Below, piece by piece: positions 44,104 to 46,015 of a DNA stretch of 46,015 bases. The DNA comes from a virus. Lineage: Duplodnaviria > Caudoviricetes. The notes beneath the pieces were generated by a model. The model had not been told where the DNA came from and made no database searches. It was given only the letters and a program-made list of their open reading frames with translations. The stretch lies in IMG/VR virus record IMGVR_UViG_3300032241_002818, positions 1 through 46,015 of that record; one strand, 5' to 3'. The translations under genes and the position numbers were made by a program. Numbering within the stretch: position 1 is the first letter of the stretch; the number at the start of each line of letters is the position of its first letter.

Positions 44104-44429
44104 TAACTCTAATTAGTGAAATTATACAAAGGGATAATTATGATTATTTATTTATAGACGATATTTCATATTTTTATTCAAGTAAATTCTATAGTAAAAA
44201 TCAAATAGACGATCTTATAGAAAAAATACATAATATTCCTATTAAAAAAATATTAGTATGCGATAGATATGAATATTCATCATTACCAATATATTCTATT
44301 ATTTCAAATAATTTTCTATCTGATGAAGAAGAACATATTTTTGATAATTATTTAATTGATGGTATTGAGCCAACTCAAATGATAAAATCATATATAAGAG
44401 ATATAAAAATAGAAAAAATATTAAAATGA
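44088..44429 (+). pseudogene. 3' fragment of the IS607-interrupted gene (Walker-B-like YLFIDD; C-terminal RDIKIEKIL motif)
   Basis: The frame opens at the tnpB stop with no convincing start of its own, and it complements 41777..41995. Confidence 0.55.
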
Positions 44430-44599
44430 ATAAATTAAACCAAAATCTGGATCTAAACAATCCTGCTCATAAAATTGTTTATGATATAAACATAAAAAAT
44501 GAAGAATTATACGGACCATATCATGAAGAATGTGGATTATTCCAAAAATTTTGTAGATGTGAAAATTTAAAAGAAAAAGAAAATGAACAAAGCAGATAA
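44426..44599 (+). CDS. Small hypothetical protein (57 aa, not in the ORF track)
   Basis: MNKLNQNLDLNNPAHKIVYD..HEECGLFQKFCRCE..; ATGA-coupled upstream and overlaps the thyA start. Confidence 0.5.
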   Translation: MNKLNQNLDLNNPAHKIVYDINIKNEELYGPYHEECGLFQKFCRCENLKEKENEQSR

Positions 44600-45449
44600 G
44601 TATTACCTTTCTAATTTAAAAAGAATTCTAGAAGAAGGTTCTTGGGATGAAGACCCTAGACCAAGATGGGCAGATGGTACACCAGCACATACCAAATTCA
44701 TTACACAAGTATTTGAAGAATATGATATATCAAAAGGTGAATTTCCAATTACGACACTAAGAAATACCGCAGTTAAAACTGGTATTAAAGAGATATTGTG
44801 GATTTATCAAAAACAAACTAGTTCACTAAAAAAAGCTCGTGAGTTAGGTGTTAATTGGTGGGAAGAATGGAATATAGGAAATGATTCAATTGGAGTTAGA
44901 TATGGTGAAACTATTTACCGATATGATCTAATGAATAAAGTATTAAAGGGTCTAAAAGAAGATCCATTTGGTAGAAGACATATAATTAATATGTATCAAT
45001 ATTCAGATTTGAATGAATCTGAGGGTTTATATCCTTGTGCTTATGAAACATTGTGGAGTGTTAGAAAAGTTGATGGTGAGTATTACCTTGATATGACATT
45101 AACTCAGAGAAGCAATGATTATATTATGGCTGGAGCGATCAATAAAATTCAATATGTGGCACTTCAAATGATGGTTGCATCACACGTTGGATATAAAGTA
45201 GGCAAATTTTGTCATTTAGTACAAAATCTACATGTCTATGATAGACATATGGATGCAGTTAAAGAGATATTAGATAGAGAAGAATTATCAATACCTAGTA
45301 AAAATACACAACCAACATTTATTAGAGAATATCCTTCATTAGAATTGACAACAAATAAAAGTTTTTATGATATAACAATAGATGATTTCAAAGTGAAGGG
45401 TATTGAAGGAATTCAAAAACTTTCAAAAAAATTAGAAATTGCAATATAA
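44583..45449 (+). CDS. thyA: Thymidylate synthase
   Basis: FPITTLR, EILWI, RRHI, LYPCAY, QRSND, N..QY and NLHVYDRH motifs. Confidence 0.95.
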   Translation: MNKADKYYLSNLKRILEEGSWDEDPRPRWADGTPAHTKFITQVFEEYDISKGEFPITTLRNTAVKTGIKEILWIYQKQTSSLKKARELGVNWWEEWNIGNDSIGVRYGETIYRYDLMNKVLKGLKEDPFGRRHIINMYQYSDLNESEGLYPCAYETLWSVRKVDGEYYLDMTLTQRSNDYIMAGAINKIQYVALQMMVASHVGYKVGKFCHLVQNLHVYDRHMDAVKEILDREELSIPSKNTQPTFIREYPSLELTTNKSFYDITIDDFKVKGIEGIQKLSKKLEIAI

Positions 45450-45464
45450 AAATAATACATAATA

Positions 45465-45974
45465 ATGATTGAGAAATTAGAACAAGTTTTTATAGAAAAT
45501 GAAAAAAATATCTATGAAACAATACAAGAACAATTAATGGGTATTGATACTACTGATTTATCTGATGATGTATCAGAAGAAATTATCACAGATATAACAC
45601 CTGAAAAAGTTTATTTCTGGACTAGAATTTACCTAAAAGATGAAAATCCTAATATTGAAATTGGTGATGAAATAATTTTAAAATGGACTCCATCCGGAGA
45701 AGAATTAAAAACACAATTCATTACATATGGAAAGAAAGGATTGGAAAAAGATCATGATGATCAAGTAGTGAATTATAATTCAGAAGATGATAAAAAAATT
45801 ATCTGTCTTATGGTAGATGAAAAGGTAATAAACGAAAGTAATGATATTCCATTTATCAGAACTCTATTTAAATTAGGTAGACATTACGAAAACCAATTAG
45901 TCCGAAGAGATGAACTGGTTTTTATAAACCAAAGAAATGGAATTCAATTGGATTATTATGATTGTGATTTCTAA
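45465..45974 (+). CDS. Hypothetical acidic protein
   Basis: 169-aa ORF followed by a terminator. Confidence 0.6.
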   Translation: MIEKLEQVFIENEKNIYETIQEQLMGIDTTDLSDDVSEEIITDITPEKVYFWTRIYLKDENPNIEIGDEIILKWTPSGEELKTQFITYGKKGLEKDHDDQVVNYNSEDDKKIICLMVDEKVINESNDIPFIRTLFKLGRHYENQLVRRDELVFINQRNGIQLDYYDCDF

Positions 45975-46004
45975 AAAAAGCCTCTCAAATTGAGAGGCTT
46001 TTTT
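45973..46004 (+). terminator. Intrinsic terminator
   Basis: AAAAAAGCCTCTCAA-A-TTGAGAGGCTTTTTT. Confidence 0.85.
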
Positions 46005-46015
46005 ATTTTAAAATA

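Noticed and set aside
1-46015. Alternative genetic code (TAG/TGA reassignment) as in some large phages
   Set aside because: Core genes are full length under code 11, and TAG (8587, 9330) and TGA both end genes at sensible positions.

Overview
A very AT-rich, densely coding segment of a large T4-related ('jumbo'-type) myovirus genome, using the standard genetic code. A Bacteroidota-like host is inferred from the type II glutamine synthetase, the RNase R sequence style, a DUF6576-like motif and A-rich start contexts lacking Shine-Dalgarno sequences. The window holds the head and late module: clamp loader, gp15-like tail terminator, gp55-like late sigma, gp4/gp2-like proteins, portal gp20, a gp21 protease fused to a 14-aa-repeat scaffold, and major capsid gp23. 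It also holds a tmRNA with an unusual 27-codon tag, a split RNase R, four free-standing homing-endonuclease-like genes, glycosyltransferases, candidate anti-defence enzymes (NADAR, 2H phosphoesterase), thyA, and an IS607 (TnpA + TnpB) inserted in a phage gene. The most striking unexplained pattern is a family of about 13 small proteins sharing a motif R-[DNEK]-x-[KRNA]-[LI]-x-x-[LIV], usually at the C-terminus. Several are truncated or catalytically dead copies of core virion or replication proteins (three major-capsid fragments, a dead prohead protease, two degenerate P-loop ATPases), which suggests a tagged decoy or adaptor system. A second group of late genes carries T4-like N-terminal capsid-targeting sequences. 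Three promoter-grammar motifs with fixed spacing are visible. All family assignments are by-eye motif recognition; no database searches were run.
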